Origin: Candidatus Kerfeldbacteria bacterium
GTDB taxonomy: Bacteria > Patescibacteriota > Patescibacteriia > SBBC01 > CAIJZX01
Direction of reading: 5' to 3'
DNA length: 64,000 nucleotides
Assembly: GCA_016193315.1 (NCBI GenBank)
Contig: JACPSJ010000004.1
Coordinates: 1,708 to 65,707 of the forward strand
Shown: positions 55,125 through 64,000 of the stretch, one piece after another
How the letters are laid out: each line of letters begins with the position of its first letter
Position numbering within the stretch: position 1 is the stretch's first letter
The notes under the pieces: generated by a model
Databases searched by the model: none
The model's input: the letters and a program-made list of their open reading frames with translations, nothing else
What the model was told of the DNA's origin: nothing
Translations under genes and position numbers: made by a program

Positions 55125-57866
55125 TTACCGTTTCAAAATCTCCCCTAAGCGCTTGATGGCTTCGCCGTAGGCCGCCCAGTTTCCTTCCCGTTGCGCGCGC
55201 AGCGCTTCTTCATAGACTTCGCTCGCCCTTTTCGTCAGCTCTTGAAGATCTTGGGTCGGTACCGACGGCGCGACGGCCGCCGGTCTTTTTTGATCCTCCG
55301 GCTTGGCGACCGCTCCGAACAGTTTTGCCAAGCCCATTTCTAGTGTTTCCTCCATGGCGATTCTGTTTTCATACGCAACAATCACCCGTTTCAACTCAGG
55401 AATTTTTCCGGCTTCGGCTTTCAGGTAGAGCGGCCGGACATACAGCAGGGATTCCTCGATGGGGATGACGAGCAGCGGTCCTTGGATGACCTGTGATCCG
55501 CCTTGGTCCCAGAGTGAAATCTGTCGGCTAATGTCCGGATCTTGGTTGATGCGACCAATAACCTGTTTCGGCCCGAACACCAGCTTGTCTTTTGGAAAAC
55601 GGTAGATCATCACTTTGCCGTAGTTGGCGCCGTCGCTACGGGCAACCATCCAGGCGGACAGGTTGTCTTTGCCCCGCGGTGTGAATGGAAGCATCAAGAT
55701 GAATTCTTCCTGTTTCTCGCCGGGCAATTTCATAATAATATGCCGGGGCGACATGCCAGCCACGGAACTGGCCGACGTTCCTTCACCTTCCGACGGAATA
55801 GCCGGAATATCCCACTGGTCTTCTTTGTTGTAGAACACCTGCGGATCGTCCATCTGGTAGGTCGAGTACATCGCCGTCTGTAAAGTAAAGATGTCTTCCG
55901 GATAGCGCAGGTGCGGCACCAATCCCACCGGCATCTCGGCCAGCGGGCGGAAGGCGTGGGGGTAGATCTTGGCGTAGGTAGTCAAGATGGGATCTTGGGC
56001 GTCCGCCTGGTAGAACGTTACGCTGCCGTGGTAGGCGTCGACCACCACCTTGACGGAGTTCCGGATGTAATTGACGCTCCGTCCGTTCAACAGCGACGGC
56101 TGGGCATACGGGTAGCGATTGCTCGTCGTGTAGGCGTCGGCAATCCAGTACACCTGGCCGTTAGAAATGACGATGTACGGATCTTGGTCAAAGATCAGGA
56201 ACGGCGCGATCTTCGCCACCCGCTCCCGAATCGTGCGGTAGTAAAGAATGCGACTGGCGCTGGTCACATCATTAGACAAGAGGAGCTTCAGCGATTGAAA
56301 TCGCAGCGCGAACATCGCCCGCTTGAGGAAGGAGTTGATCTCGACGCCGCCCTTGCCAGCGTAGGTCGCGTAGACGTTTTCCTCACCCCTGGGGTAATCG
56401 AACTCGCGCGATTTCGTTTTCGCGATGACGTAGTCGTTCGCCAACGCGCCGTAGTAGATCTCCGGGCGCGTCACCTCCAGCTCTTTGACGTCCGATTTGG
56501 GCGGTACATCCTTGACGAACAAGACGGGCAATCCTTCCGGCGTGACCTGATTGACCGGACCGGCCGCCACGCCGTACCCGTGCGTGAAGGTTAGCCGTTC
56601 GTTGATCCAATTCTTGTTCGGCAAGCTGTCCGACGCCAACTCGCGCGGCGATAGCATGATTTGGCGGATCTTCCCGTCAATCACGTAACGGTCATTATCG
56701 ACCTCGGTGAATTCGTAGTAGGTTCGAATTTCCTGAATCTGCGAAAAGGTTGAGAGCAGCGGCTGCCGATCCCAGAGACGGACGTTCTTGATCGTCAGAT
56801 CGTTCGCCAAGATATCCGCCGCGATGATCGGCTTGTCTCCCGAAATATCCCGCTCTTCGATTGCGTCTAGGGCATATGCCCGACGCGTGGCAGCAATATT
56901 CCGCTTAATGTAAGGGGTTTCCTTGACCAGCTCATTCGGGTCGACCATAAGTTTTTGGACCGCCAGCGGGACCAGCGCAGAGGCGATACCGACGACCAGG
57001 TACAATCCGATGGCCGCGATCAGCGGTGTCGCCTTTCCCCGCGCCGCCCAGACCGCAGCCGCGACTGCCGCCAGGACGGCGGTTGTGACCGATGCCCACA
57101 GCATCGGTATTCGAACCGTCACGTCCGTGAACACAGCTCCGGCCACCGGGCCGGTTTGATTCATGACTAACCGAAAGAGCGACAAATACGCTCCAGCGGC
57201 GACCGTTATCATGAATAATGCTAGCAAGACACCGAGATGGGTTTTCGCCCGCTCCTCCGGCTTTAATTGTTTGAGCGCTCGCAGCCCCCGGAAGTTCAGC
57301 ATGCCCCGCGAGACGTAGATCACGACGCAGCCAATCGTGGTCAGCACAATCAGCGCCTTGATCAGACCTAGCCCCAACTGCCAGATGGGCAATGTGAATA
57401 TATAAAAGCTGATATCCTTATTGAAGACCGGATCGGCTGCCCCAAAATCGGTCTGCGCGAAATAATTAAGCACCGCCTGCCAGTTCCCGGCGGCCACCAG
57501 ACCAAAAATGAGCGCGATCGCGGCACCGACGACCGCCATGAACTTTCTGACCACGCGATGATCTAGGTTTACTAGCTTGCCGAACAACGCCGCGGGCATG
57601 GTGATGGTCCACGGAATGGCTGAGCCCATCGCCAAAGAAAAATTGACGAGCAGCCAAACGGCGGCCACGACTGCTACGCCCGCCGTCAGCAATATTTTTG
57701 CGACCAGGGATTTAATAAAAATCTGGGTATACCCGACTTCGGAGAACCACCACCAGTCAGTCACCATCGAGATCGCGTTCGAAAAAACTACCAGAACAAT
57801 GAACGCGACAAGAATGAACTTCCGGATAGGGAACTTTTTTCTGGTCACGGGATTCAATGCGGCCAT
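55125..57866 (-). CDS. UPF0182-family large membrane protein
   Basis: 913 aa; N-terminal multi-TM region (...VTDWWWFSEVGYTQIF...) and a large extracytoplasmic domain. Confidence 0.85.
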   Translation of the reverse strand: MAALNPVTRKKFPIRKFILVAFIVLVVFSNAISMVTDWWWFSEVGYTQIFIKSLVAKILLTAGVAVVAAVWLLVNFSLAMGSAIPWTITMPAALFGKLVNLDHRVVRKFMAVVGAAIALIFGLVAAGNWQAVLNYFAQTDFGAADPVFNKDISFYIFTLPIWQLGLGLIKALIVLTTIGCVVIYVSRGMLNFRGLRALKQLKPEERAKTHLGVLLALFMITVAAGAYLSLFRLVMNQTGPVAGAVFTDVTVRIPMLWASVTTAVLAAVAAAVWAARGKATPLIAAIGLYLVVGIASALVPLAVQKLMVDPNELVKETPYIKRNIAATRRAYALDAIEERDISGDKPIIAADILANDLTIKNVRLWDRQPLLSTFSQIQEIRTYYEFTEVDNDRYVIDGKIRQIMLSPRELASDSLPNKNWINERLTFTHGYGVAAGPVNQVTPEGLPVLFVKDVPPKSDVKELEVTRPEIYYGALANDYVIAKTKSREFDYPRGEENVYATYAGKGGVEINSFLKRAMFALRFQSLKLLLSNDVTSASRILYYRTIRERVAKIAPFLIFDQDPYIVISNGQVYWIADAYTTSNRYPYAQPSLLNGRSVNYIRNSVKVVVDAYHGSVTFYQADAQDPILTTYAKIYPHAFRPLAEMPVGLVPHLRYPEDIFTLQTAMYSTYQMDDPQVFYNKEDQWDIPAIPSEGEGTSASSVAGMSPRHIIMKLPGEKQEEFILMLPFTPRGKDNLSAWMVARSDGANYGKVMIYRFPKDKLVFGPKQVIGRINQDPDISRQISLWDQGGSQVIQGPLLVIPIEESLLYVRPLYLKAEAGKIPELKRVIVAYENRIAMEETLEMGLAKLFGAVAKPEDQKRPAAVAPSVPTQDLQELTKRASEVYEEALRAQREGNWAAYGEAIKRLGEILKR

Positions 57867-58112
57867 AATTTCAACTGCATTGTCTCAAAAAGAAAGGGAA
57901 AAATCAAGTCAGCCCCGTTTAGAGACGAGACTGGTTTGCGTTCTCGGAAGGGATGATTCAGGATACTGGATACATCATCCGTTTTTCTGGTATCAGCTTT
58001 CGCCACTAACGGGGTCAGCGGTCAGCAAACTAACGTCACGACGGCGGGACGACCAACCCCGCACCATTTTCGGACAGTCTCCATCAATACCAAAAACGCT
58101 GGTGGCTCCCAG

Positions 58113-58206
58113 GGTCGGACTCTCCCGCCTCGATGGCGGGGTCCCGCCTGCCTCACCCTAGATTCATAGGGGCGGGAGAACCGACAACCATTGCCTTAAT
58201 CCCGCC
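58113..58206 (-). repeat. GC-rich bipartite hairpin repeat, copy E3
   Basis: ggtcggactctcccgcctcgatggcggggtcccgcc ... gggcgggagaaccgacaaccattgccttaatcccgcc. Part 2 is near-identical to copy E4. Confidence 0.55.
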
Positions 58207-58398
58207 CCAGTTCGGGAACGCACATCAAGCAAAGCGCTCGTGGCTCGCCACTCCGGTCTAGAACCAACCCTTTGAAGGGTTTTGTGAGACTTTAGCGATT
58301 TTCAGGAGGAATTGAGACAAATGAGACACTACCTAAGGGGTCTGTCTTGTGTCTCAAAACCCAAGCACTTTAAACAATTTTACTCGGGTGGACAACTC

Positions 58399-59307
58399 TT
58401 AACTCGGCCTGAGCGTCCCGCTGAATATCTCCCAGGCCAGCAGAGACTTAGCTACCAGACTCAAGATCATATATGCCCGTTCCCCGTAGAGATAATCCCG
58501 CCACGGACCAACTTTTTTATACTGCAAGACCATGTTCAGCGCAAAGATAGAAAAGGTGGCAAAGATCGTAAAGACAATGGCATAGACGAATCCTGGAACA
58601 TTTACGCCCGCGCTGCTGATGGCCTTCCCGAAGTATGTAAAAATCACCAACCACGGTATTGCACCCGCAAAGACGCCAATCCAATATGCCAGCCAGCTCG
58701 TTTTCGTTGTGGACTGATTGTGCACCTCCATGACCAGTCCCATCAGATTCATGATCGCATTGAGCGAGAACAGGGCGGTCAGCAACCAGAAATCATAGAC
58801 GCCGCAGAGCATCGCGATGATCCAGATCATGACCGACGAAGACAGCATGTATTCAATCCAGCGCAGCTTGTTCATGCCTTTGGCAAGATTCGCTTCATAC
58901 CAATGGCGGAGTGGTCCGGCTAACAGGAAATGAGCGAGGGCTGAGAGAAAAAGAAAGACCGCGACGGCCGGTCCAATGCGCAGGTCAAACCAATGTTCCG
59001 GCGTTGGGGCGATGCCAAACGTCGGATTCGTCGGATCAATCCGCAGGTACGACGTGACCACGGGTAAAGACGAATCATTGCTGATTGCTACCATAACCAC
59101 GCCTTGAATAAAGTGCAGGGCGGCCATTGACCAGTTCCAGGCCCGTAAGGAGTGAAACCGCAATTCAGCAGGTGTGCTCGTGCCCATCGTGTTCATATGG
59201 TCGTAATTACTGTTTGTTTCATAGTCCGATTGTAGCATGTTTGCCACGCATTGAGCATCCGCTGTCGCTTGCGCCCTGGCGCCACTATTGATGAATGCTC
59301 CGCCCAA
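58399..59307 (-). CDS. heliorhodopsin (inverted-topology 7-TM retinal protein)
   Basis: Strong match to heliorhodopsin hallmarks: ...NKLRWIEYMLSSSVMIWIIAMLCGV..., ...PGFVYAIVFTIFATFSIFALNMVLQYKKVGPWRDYLYGERAYMILSLVAKSLLAWEIFSGTLRPS (Schiff-base Lys in SLVAKS). True start is probably downstream of the listed one (MNTMG...). Confidence 0.85.
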   Translation of the reverse strand: MGGAFINSGARAQATADAQCVANMLQSDYETNSNYDHMNTMGTSTPAELRFHSLRAWNWSMAALHFIQGVVMVAISNDSSLPVVTSYLRIDPTNPTFGIAPTPEHWFDLRIGPAVAVFLFLSALAHFLLAGPLRHWYEANLAKGMNKLRWIEYMLSSSVMIWIIAMLCGVYDFWLLTALFSLNAIMNLMGLVMEVHNQSTTKTSWLAYWIGVFAGAIPWLVIFTYFGKAISSAGVNVPGFVYAIVFTIFATFSIFALNMVLQYKKVGPWRDYLYGERAYMILSLVAKSLLAWEIFSGTLRPS

Positions 59308-59815
59308 TCAACGTAATCGCCAGAATGCCGGCGGTGTTGAGAGCAAATGACAAGAGGAGGAACCACCTCGTTGACATCTTTGAAAAACCAATCATGGCAA
59401 TGCCGAGTTCATCCGGCAGCGGCGAGGCAATCACGATGCCGCCCAGGATCACCGACGCCCAGGTCCGGTAGCGGTTGTGATTCAACCAGGCGGTGAAGTG
59501 CTCCACAATGGAAACATGCGAGGCGCGGCCAAGTAGACGGTAAATGATCAGGTCATACGAGGCCGAACCAATGCCACCCAGAATTGCCGCCCCGATCGGA
59601 TTGACGGAGACTGGCAATTCAAAAAACATCACGGCCGAGAGTGGCGACGTAACCACATTTGCATACATCGTCCCAGCCATGAACGGTGCAAGGTATCCGA
59701 CTCCGGCGATAGCCAGAAGTGCAGACCGCCAGCTTGGGATAGCCAGAACAAGGATGGCGATCGCCACTCCAGCGGCGAATGCGATGTAGGTTATTTTTTT
59801 ATCGAGATGCATCAA
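59285..59815 (-). CDS. small polytopic membrane protein (SPLPDEL-motif family), paralog of 51241..51753, immediately upstream of the heliorhodopsin
   Basis: ...VVTSPLSAVMFFELPVSVNPIGAAILGGIGSASYDL...IVIASPLPDELGIAMIGFS... Confidence 0.55.
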   Translation of the reverse strand: MMHLDKKITYIAFAAGVAIAILVLAIPSWRSALLAIAGVGYLAPFMAGTMYANVVTSPLSAVMFFELPVSVNPIGAAILGGIGSASYDLIIYRLLGRASHVSIVEHFTAWLNHNRYRTWASVILGGIVIASPLPDELGIAMIGFSKMSTRWFLLLSFALNTAGILAITLIGRSIHQ

Positions 59816-60098
59816 TTAATGAGTTATTCCTGATTGCCGTTTGGTAATTAAGTATACCACTTGGCTTAAAAAATGAATCTCCACGCCTTTACAGGTGTGG
59901 AACTCCCGCTAAAAATTAGACCCTCGCTTCTGCACAGTCTGTGCGACGCTTGGCTCAACCTAATCCGCCCATCGATTAATCACATCAAAATAATGATGAA
60001 CAACTGATGGCAAAATAAGAACTGAGGTTAACAAAAAAAACAGTTTTCTACCTCACCTACATCGGCTGTAACCCTGAATAGTCGCTTCAGATTGGCAC

Positions 60099-62423
60099 TT
60101 ACTCGGGCAATGTTATTCGCCCTGATCGAACGTTCACCGCCGCAGTCCCGACGTATCCACCAGTGGTATTCGCCATGACTGCAATAATGTGAGGACCGAG
60201 GACGCGTGGCACCCGCCAGCTGGCCGTGCACGTGTCAGCCAAGCAGGTTTGCAGGGGGGCTCCATCGACATAGACATCAAGTGATTGGAGAGTCGGGATG
60301 GGGGCCGTCGCGCTGGTTGAAATGGTAACCGTGCTTGGCGTACCGACCGTTTGCCCCGCGACCGGAGAAGCGATGGTCACCGCTGGGTTATGGCTGGCGT
60401 CATATGCCCCGTCGACGTCGATGATTTGGACGACAGATCCTTGCAATGTTGTGTCTTCGGCGTTGGCCACACCGACTGAAAAACTGTAGAAGCCAGTGGC
60501 GATATCGGATGGTGTGATGACTGTGAAAGCGACGTTCTGTTGCGTTAGGGCTGGTACCGAAACAGTCAGTTTCTCCGGCGAAACTGACCAGCCGCTCGGC
60601 ATCGTCGGGGTGATGGTGAATTTTGCCGGGTCGCAGGCTAGGGAGTCAGCATTGAGCATCCGGAACCCGACCGTACCTCCCGTCGTAGGGATCGCTTGAA
60701 ACGAATACTTTTTGAAGATTCGGGGTGCTCGATGAGTACAGTTCGACAAGGCCACGTTGACCTGAGCATTCGATGTCGTTACGGACTGGGTGGTGATGGC
60801 GATGCCATTGTCCGCATCGGTAAACGTTTGACTTGACCCGAGCGCGATATTTCCAGATACAGCGACGTCCGCATCGATCAGATTGGAAAGGTTGGGCGGT
60901 GTGGTGGCCATATAATTAGACAAACGAATTTGTACCCCATTCACGTTTGGATCGGTGGGGGCGTAATTGTCGAACGGGGGGAACGGTTGGCGGTACTCAA
61001 GATGGTAGTAGGTAATCTGTCCGCCACTATTGACGTTCCGAGGGATACGCAATGTCTTGAGACCGGTCCCGGGGGCTCCTAACGGTTCGATAGTGCATGG
61101 TTGGACAGCTGGGCAATCGTTATTCGAACCAACATCCTGAGTATGTGAAGCCTGAAACCAACTCAGCTGATCGCGATGGTAGGCGTGCATCAGACCGGGA
61201 TTAGAATTGCCCATCACCTCCAGTGAATCTCCGTATTCGCTCGTGGTACAGGTGCCGCCAATCGGTTGTTTGTTGCCCGAACCGTCACGACAGGTAATGC
61301 TGCCTGAGTGATTGACGCCAAATGCGTGTCCCAGTTCGTGGCCGAGAACTAGTACTTCCTGACCACTCCAGAGGTCATAAATACGGATGTTCTTGGCATT
61401 GATCAATGTTGCCCCACCGACTCCAGAATAGCATCCCGAGGGCATGGGCGTGTAATAAACGACTTTGTCATAGCTATTGAGGTCTACTCCGGGCGCGTCA
61501 AGAGGACCGTATGAACAATTGGTTGTGTTGAAGGTGGTCGTGTAGTAACCATAGACCTCCCCCGTCAGGGTCAGTTGACCGTTGGAAGCGTCGAGATAGT
61601 ATTGTTTTACAGAATTACTATTGGTGAACATGTAGCCATTCATCTGGCTAGTGGATACTGGTTGTCCACGACCCGGATACGTAAACATCAAGACCGCGAC
61701 CCGCTTGGTACCGACTGCCGCCAGCGACTGAATAGGTTCACCAATCACCTGGAGGCCAAGCGAACCCTGTGTCGACGGCGACTCGGTATTCCCCACCGGC
61801 AGTGTCATGGTGTCGTCAAGTTGCAGGCCAGTGACTTCAACCACGGTGCCCGGCTGGATGTTTGGTATCGGCCCAGCAAAATAAATTCTAAACGAATCTT
61901 CATGGCCCTCTGCTTTCACAGCGTAAAAGTACGTCGCCACCCCGAGGCGAAAGTTATCAGTATGCCCAATCCCAAACTGCCCCCTGACCGTCCTCTTCTT
62001 TTCAACGAACGACTGAACGGCCGCCGGTAAAGATCGTTGTTGGCTGTCGTTTAAACTTGTGCGTAAAAACGATGTTGGATCGTGCTTGACTAACGACAGT
62101 GCAGCGTTTTTTCTCCGCTCGGCCAGCAAGCGCAACTGATTGAGTTTTCCTGGTTTGGCCGAGGCCGTCGCTTTCTTATATTCTTCATTCAGTTTGAGAA
62201 GTTCAGTGGTCAACGATTGGAAGGTGGACAAGGTTTGTTTCTCGGTCACAAAGATATTTTTCCAAACTAAAAAACCGCCTGCCGCCAGGATACCGGCCCC
62301 AAAAATGAGTAATGCGACCGGGGCGACGGTCCAGATATGTATTTTTTGTCTTGTTTCTGCCACTTTACTTTTCATTACTGTCCGACTTTTCGGAAGTATA
62401 GCACTTCTTGATCCAAAAATCAA
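60099..62423 (-). CDS. membrane-anchored metzincin-type zinc metalloprotease with C-terminal beta-sandwich domains
   Basis: HELGHAFGVNH (HExxHxxGxxH); N-terminal TM; long Thr/Ser/Gly-rich C-terminal domains. Probable start MKSKVAETRQK at 62375. Confidence 0.75.
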   Translation of the reverse strand: MIFGSRSAILPKSRTVMKSKVAETRQKIHIWTVAPVALLIFGAGILAAGGFLVWKNIFVTEKQTLSTFQSLTTELLKLNEEYKKATASAKPGKLNQLRLLAERRKNAALSLVKHDPTSFLRTSLNDSQQRSLPAAVQSFVEKKRTVRGQFGIGHTDNFRLGVATYFYAVKAEGHEDSFRIYFAGPIPNIQPGTVVEVTGLQLDDTMTLPVGNTESPSTQGSLGLQVIGEPIQSLAAVGTKRVAVLMFTYPGRGQPVSTSQMNGYMFTNSNSVKQYYLDASNGQLTLTGEVYGYYTTTFNTTNCSYGPLDAPGVDLNSYDKVVYYTPMPSGCYSGVGGATLINAKNIRIYDLWSGQEVLVLGHELGHAFGVNHSGSITCRDGSGNKQPIGGTCTTSEYGDSLEVMGNSNPGLMHAYHRDQLSWFQASHTQDVGSNNDCPAVQPCTIEPLGAPGTGLKTLRIPRNVNSGGQITYYHLEYRQPFPPFDNYAPTDPNVNGVQIRLSNYMATTPPNLSNLIDADVAVSGNIALGSSQTFTDADNGIAITTQSVTTSNAQVNVALSNCTHRAPRIFKKYSFQAIPTTGGTVGFRMLNADSLACDPAKFTITPTMPSGWSVSPEKLTVSVPALTQQNVAFTVITPSDIATGFYSFSVGVANAEDTTLQGSVVQIIDVDGAYDASHNPAVTIASPVAGQTVGTPSTVTISTSATAPIPTLQSLDVYVDGAPLQTCLADTCTASWRVPRVLGPHIIAVMANTTGGYVGTAAVNVRSGRITLPE

Positions 62424-62510
62424 TTCAAAATTTCCTAGTCTCCCTTTCGAAGGTCGACCTGCCCCGCACTACAACGAAATGATTTTGGGCAGGGATCTCG
62501 TGGCTCCGGA

Positions 62511-62650
62511 GGTCGGATTCTCCCGCCGTAGCGGCATCCCGCCAGTATTACTATTTTCTTTTTGGGGCCGGAGAATTCTCGCCCGAACCCAAGTTTATCC
62601 TGAGCATAGCGAAGGATGGTTCGGGAGACAACCATCGCCTTAATCCCGCC
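62511..62650 (-). repeat. GC-rich bipartite hairpin repeat, copy E4 (part 1 62511-62543, 79-nt insert, part 2 62623-62650), abutting a tRNA-Asn 3'-half fragment
   Basis: ggtcggattctcccgccgtagcggcatcccgcc ... gggagacaaccatcgccttaatcccgcc. Confidence 0.55.
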
Positions 62651-62652
62651 AG

Positions 62653-62722
62653 CTCCGAGGGCGAGATTCGAACTCGCAACCAATCGGTTAACAGCCGATT
62701 GCTCTCCCTGGGCGCCGCGGCT
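62653..62722 (-). pseudogene. tRNA-Asn(GTT) fragment: intact anticodon arm + T-arm + 3' acceptor, degenerate 5' acceptor/D-arm
   Basis: Sense 3' portion ATCGG CTGTTAA CCGAT TGGTT GCGAG TTCGAAT CTCGC CCTCGGA G; the 5' part (CCGCGGCGCCCAGGGAGAGC) cannot form a D-stem. Confidence 0.5.
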
Positions 62723-62835
62723 CCTGCGGAGCATCGCGTCACCCGTTCGCGCGGCCGCACGTGAAGCAGTTCACGTGCTAGCTTGCAGCTGCCGCGCGAA
62801 CCCATTTCGCTACCCAGAAGCCTAAGCCCACCCAG

Positions 62836-62907
62836 CTCCGGGGGCGAGATTCGAACTCGCAGCCAATGGATTAACAGTCCACTGCTCTACCGTTGAGCTA
62901 CCCCGGA
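62836..62907 (-). tRNA. tRNA-Asn(GTT)
   Basis: Sense: TCCGGGG TA GCTC AACGGTA GAGC A GTGGA CTGTTAA TCCAT TGGCT GCGAG TTCGAAT CTCGC CCCCGGA G. Flanks extend acceptor complementarity to about 15 bp (cacccagctccgggg / ccccggagctgggtg). Confidence 0.85.
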
Positions 62908-63100
62908 GCTGGGTGGTCCAAGCCCAGAAAACAGATGAGAACGCCGGCAGTATAGACTCTTTTCTGTCGCCCGTCCAGACCCTGGCCGATCCAGTTGCCT
63001 CCCAAAACAGATATGGTATACTCGATTCTGCTGTACAGCTAACGAGTCTTCCTCTCGTAGGTTCAGGCCGGTAAGCGTGGTCGAGTACAGCTCTTAGTAA

Positions 63101-63412
63101 GTGACTCGTAAGCAGTACATGGCAAGCAAACTCTACGTTGGCGGTCTGTCCTACGACACCACCCAGGAGTCGTTGCAGCAAACGTTCTCCCAGGCTGGAT
63201 CCGTCGTCTCGGCGACCATCATTACCGATAAGATGAGCGGTCGGTCGCGCGGCTTTGGCTTCGTCGAAATGTCGACCGAGGCCGAGGCGAACAAGGCCAT
63301 TGAAATGTTCAATGGCCAGGAGCTCGATGGACGACGATTGACCGTCAACATCGCCCGCCCGATGGCTGAACGCCCGCCTCAACGAGGCGGCGGATTCCGG
63401 AATCGGTACTAA
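63101..63412 (+). CDS. RRM-type glycine-rich RNA-binding protein
   Basis: RNP-2 LYVGGL and RNP-1 RGFGFVEM motifs; RGG tail. Confidence 0.8.
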   Translation: MTRKQYMASKLYVGGLSYDTTQESLQQTFSQAGSVVSATIITDKMSGRSRGFGFVEMSTEAEANKAIEMFNGQELDGRRLTVNIARPMAERPPQRGGGFRNRY

Positions 63413-63490
63413 GCGATAAAACCAAAGAGCCCGCTCATCAGAGTGGGTTTTTTGGGGCTGGAGATGGCGGTTGGCGGAACCTGTCGGTCG

Positions 63491-64000
63491 CTAGTAATCC
63501 TTCAGCTTCGGCATGTGAGCGTGCTGCTTGATTTTGTCCAGCGCCTTCGATTCGATCTGCCGAATCCGCTCGCGGGTGACGCCGAATTCCTGACCAACTT
63601 CTTCCAGGGTGTGCGCCACGCCGTCGTGAAGCCCAAACCGCATCTCCAGAATTTTCTGTTCTCGCGGCGTCAGATCACGAATAATCGCCTGGACGTGGTC
63701 GCGAAGCAACTGTGAAGCTGCCACCTTGTCCGGGGTGACAGTCTTGACGTCCTCGATGAAGTCGCCGAGGTTTGAGTCTTCGTCATCCTCGCCGACTGGC
63801 GTCTCCAAACTGACCGTGTCTTGCGAAATCTTGATGATCTGACGAATTTTGTCGACCGTCTCACCCATCTCGGCGGCAATCTCTTCCGGCAACGGTTCGC
63901 GACCCAGGTCCTGAATCAGCTGCCTTTCCACTTGCTGGAACTTGTTGATCGTCTCAACCATGTGGACCGGGATGCGGATGGTCCGCGACTGGTCGGCCAG
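63491..64000 (-). CDS. sigma-70 family factor (RpoD/SigA-like), 3' portion only; the gene start lies beyond the window end
   Basis: Regions 3-4: ...[15 protein letters not shown]...[24 protein letters not shown]... Confidence 0.8.
   Translation of the reverse strand: MADQSRTIRIPVHMVETINKFQQVERQLIQDLGREPLPEEIAAEMGETVDKIRQIIKISQDTVSLETPVGEDDEDSNLGDFIEDVKTVTPDKVAASQLLRDHVQAIIRDLTPREQKILEMRFGLHDGVAHTLEEVGQEFGVTRERIRQIESKALDKIKQHAHMPKLKDY

Noticed and set aside
1-64000. rRNA, RNase P RNA, SRP RNA, riboswitch leaders
   Set aside because: No conserved cores (e.g. AGGAAAGTCC for RNase P, rRNA-like stretches) were seen on either strand. Cannot exclude them without covariance-model searches.

Overview
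GC-rich bacterial chromosomal segment with monoderm, actinobacterial-type gene content: an LCP ligase, an inositol-phosphate synthase, UPF0182, DUF1684, a TopA with a basic C-terminal tail, and a heliorhodopsin. Everything here was read by eye from the sequence and the ORF track; no searches were run.

Bases 1..10286 are one giant minus-strand ORF that runs off the window edge (>3,400 aa). Its N-terminus reads as an excisionase/MerR-type HTH, then one TM helix, then a repeat-rich ectodomain with about 240-bp tandem DNA repeats.

Downstream come a housekeeping block (LCP, pth, mfd, dprA-topA, parAB), tRNA-Leu, and a hicBA-like toxin-antitoxin cassette flanked by a perfect 50-bp direct repeat that duplicates the 5' end of the adjacent SRPBCC gene. 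After that are a myo-inositol-1-phosphate synthase, two tRNA-Met(CAT) loci full of tRNA fragments, and a recurring GC-rich bipartite hairpin repeat (at least 6 copies, called E1-E6 here). Next is a blaI / sensor-less blaR1 (M56) / CAP-domain operon, then sodA. A Fur-regulated suf operon (sufCB...D...SU) is interrupted by three NUDIX genes, a HIT gene, a low-GC VOC gene and a low-GC orphan ORF; sufS carries in-frame palindromic G/C-rich mini-insertions. Further on are three secreted enzymes sharing a novel ~46-aa tandem repeat, pepA, a ZIP transporter, and a ferric-reductase-like heme TM domain fused to a Rieske domain that is translationally coupled to a small membrane protein. A paralog of that small membrane protein sits beside a clear heliorhodopsin. 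The window ends with UPF0182, an M23 peptidase, a metzincin protease, tRNA-Asn plus a 3'-half tRNA-Asn fragment, an RRM protein and the 3' part of rpoD. No rRNA or CRISPR was seen.
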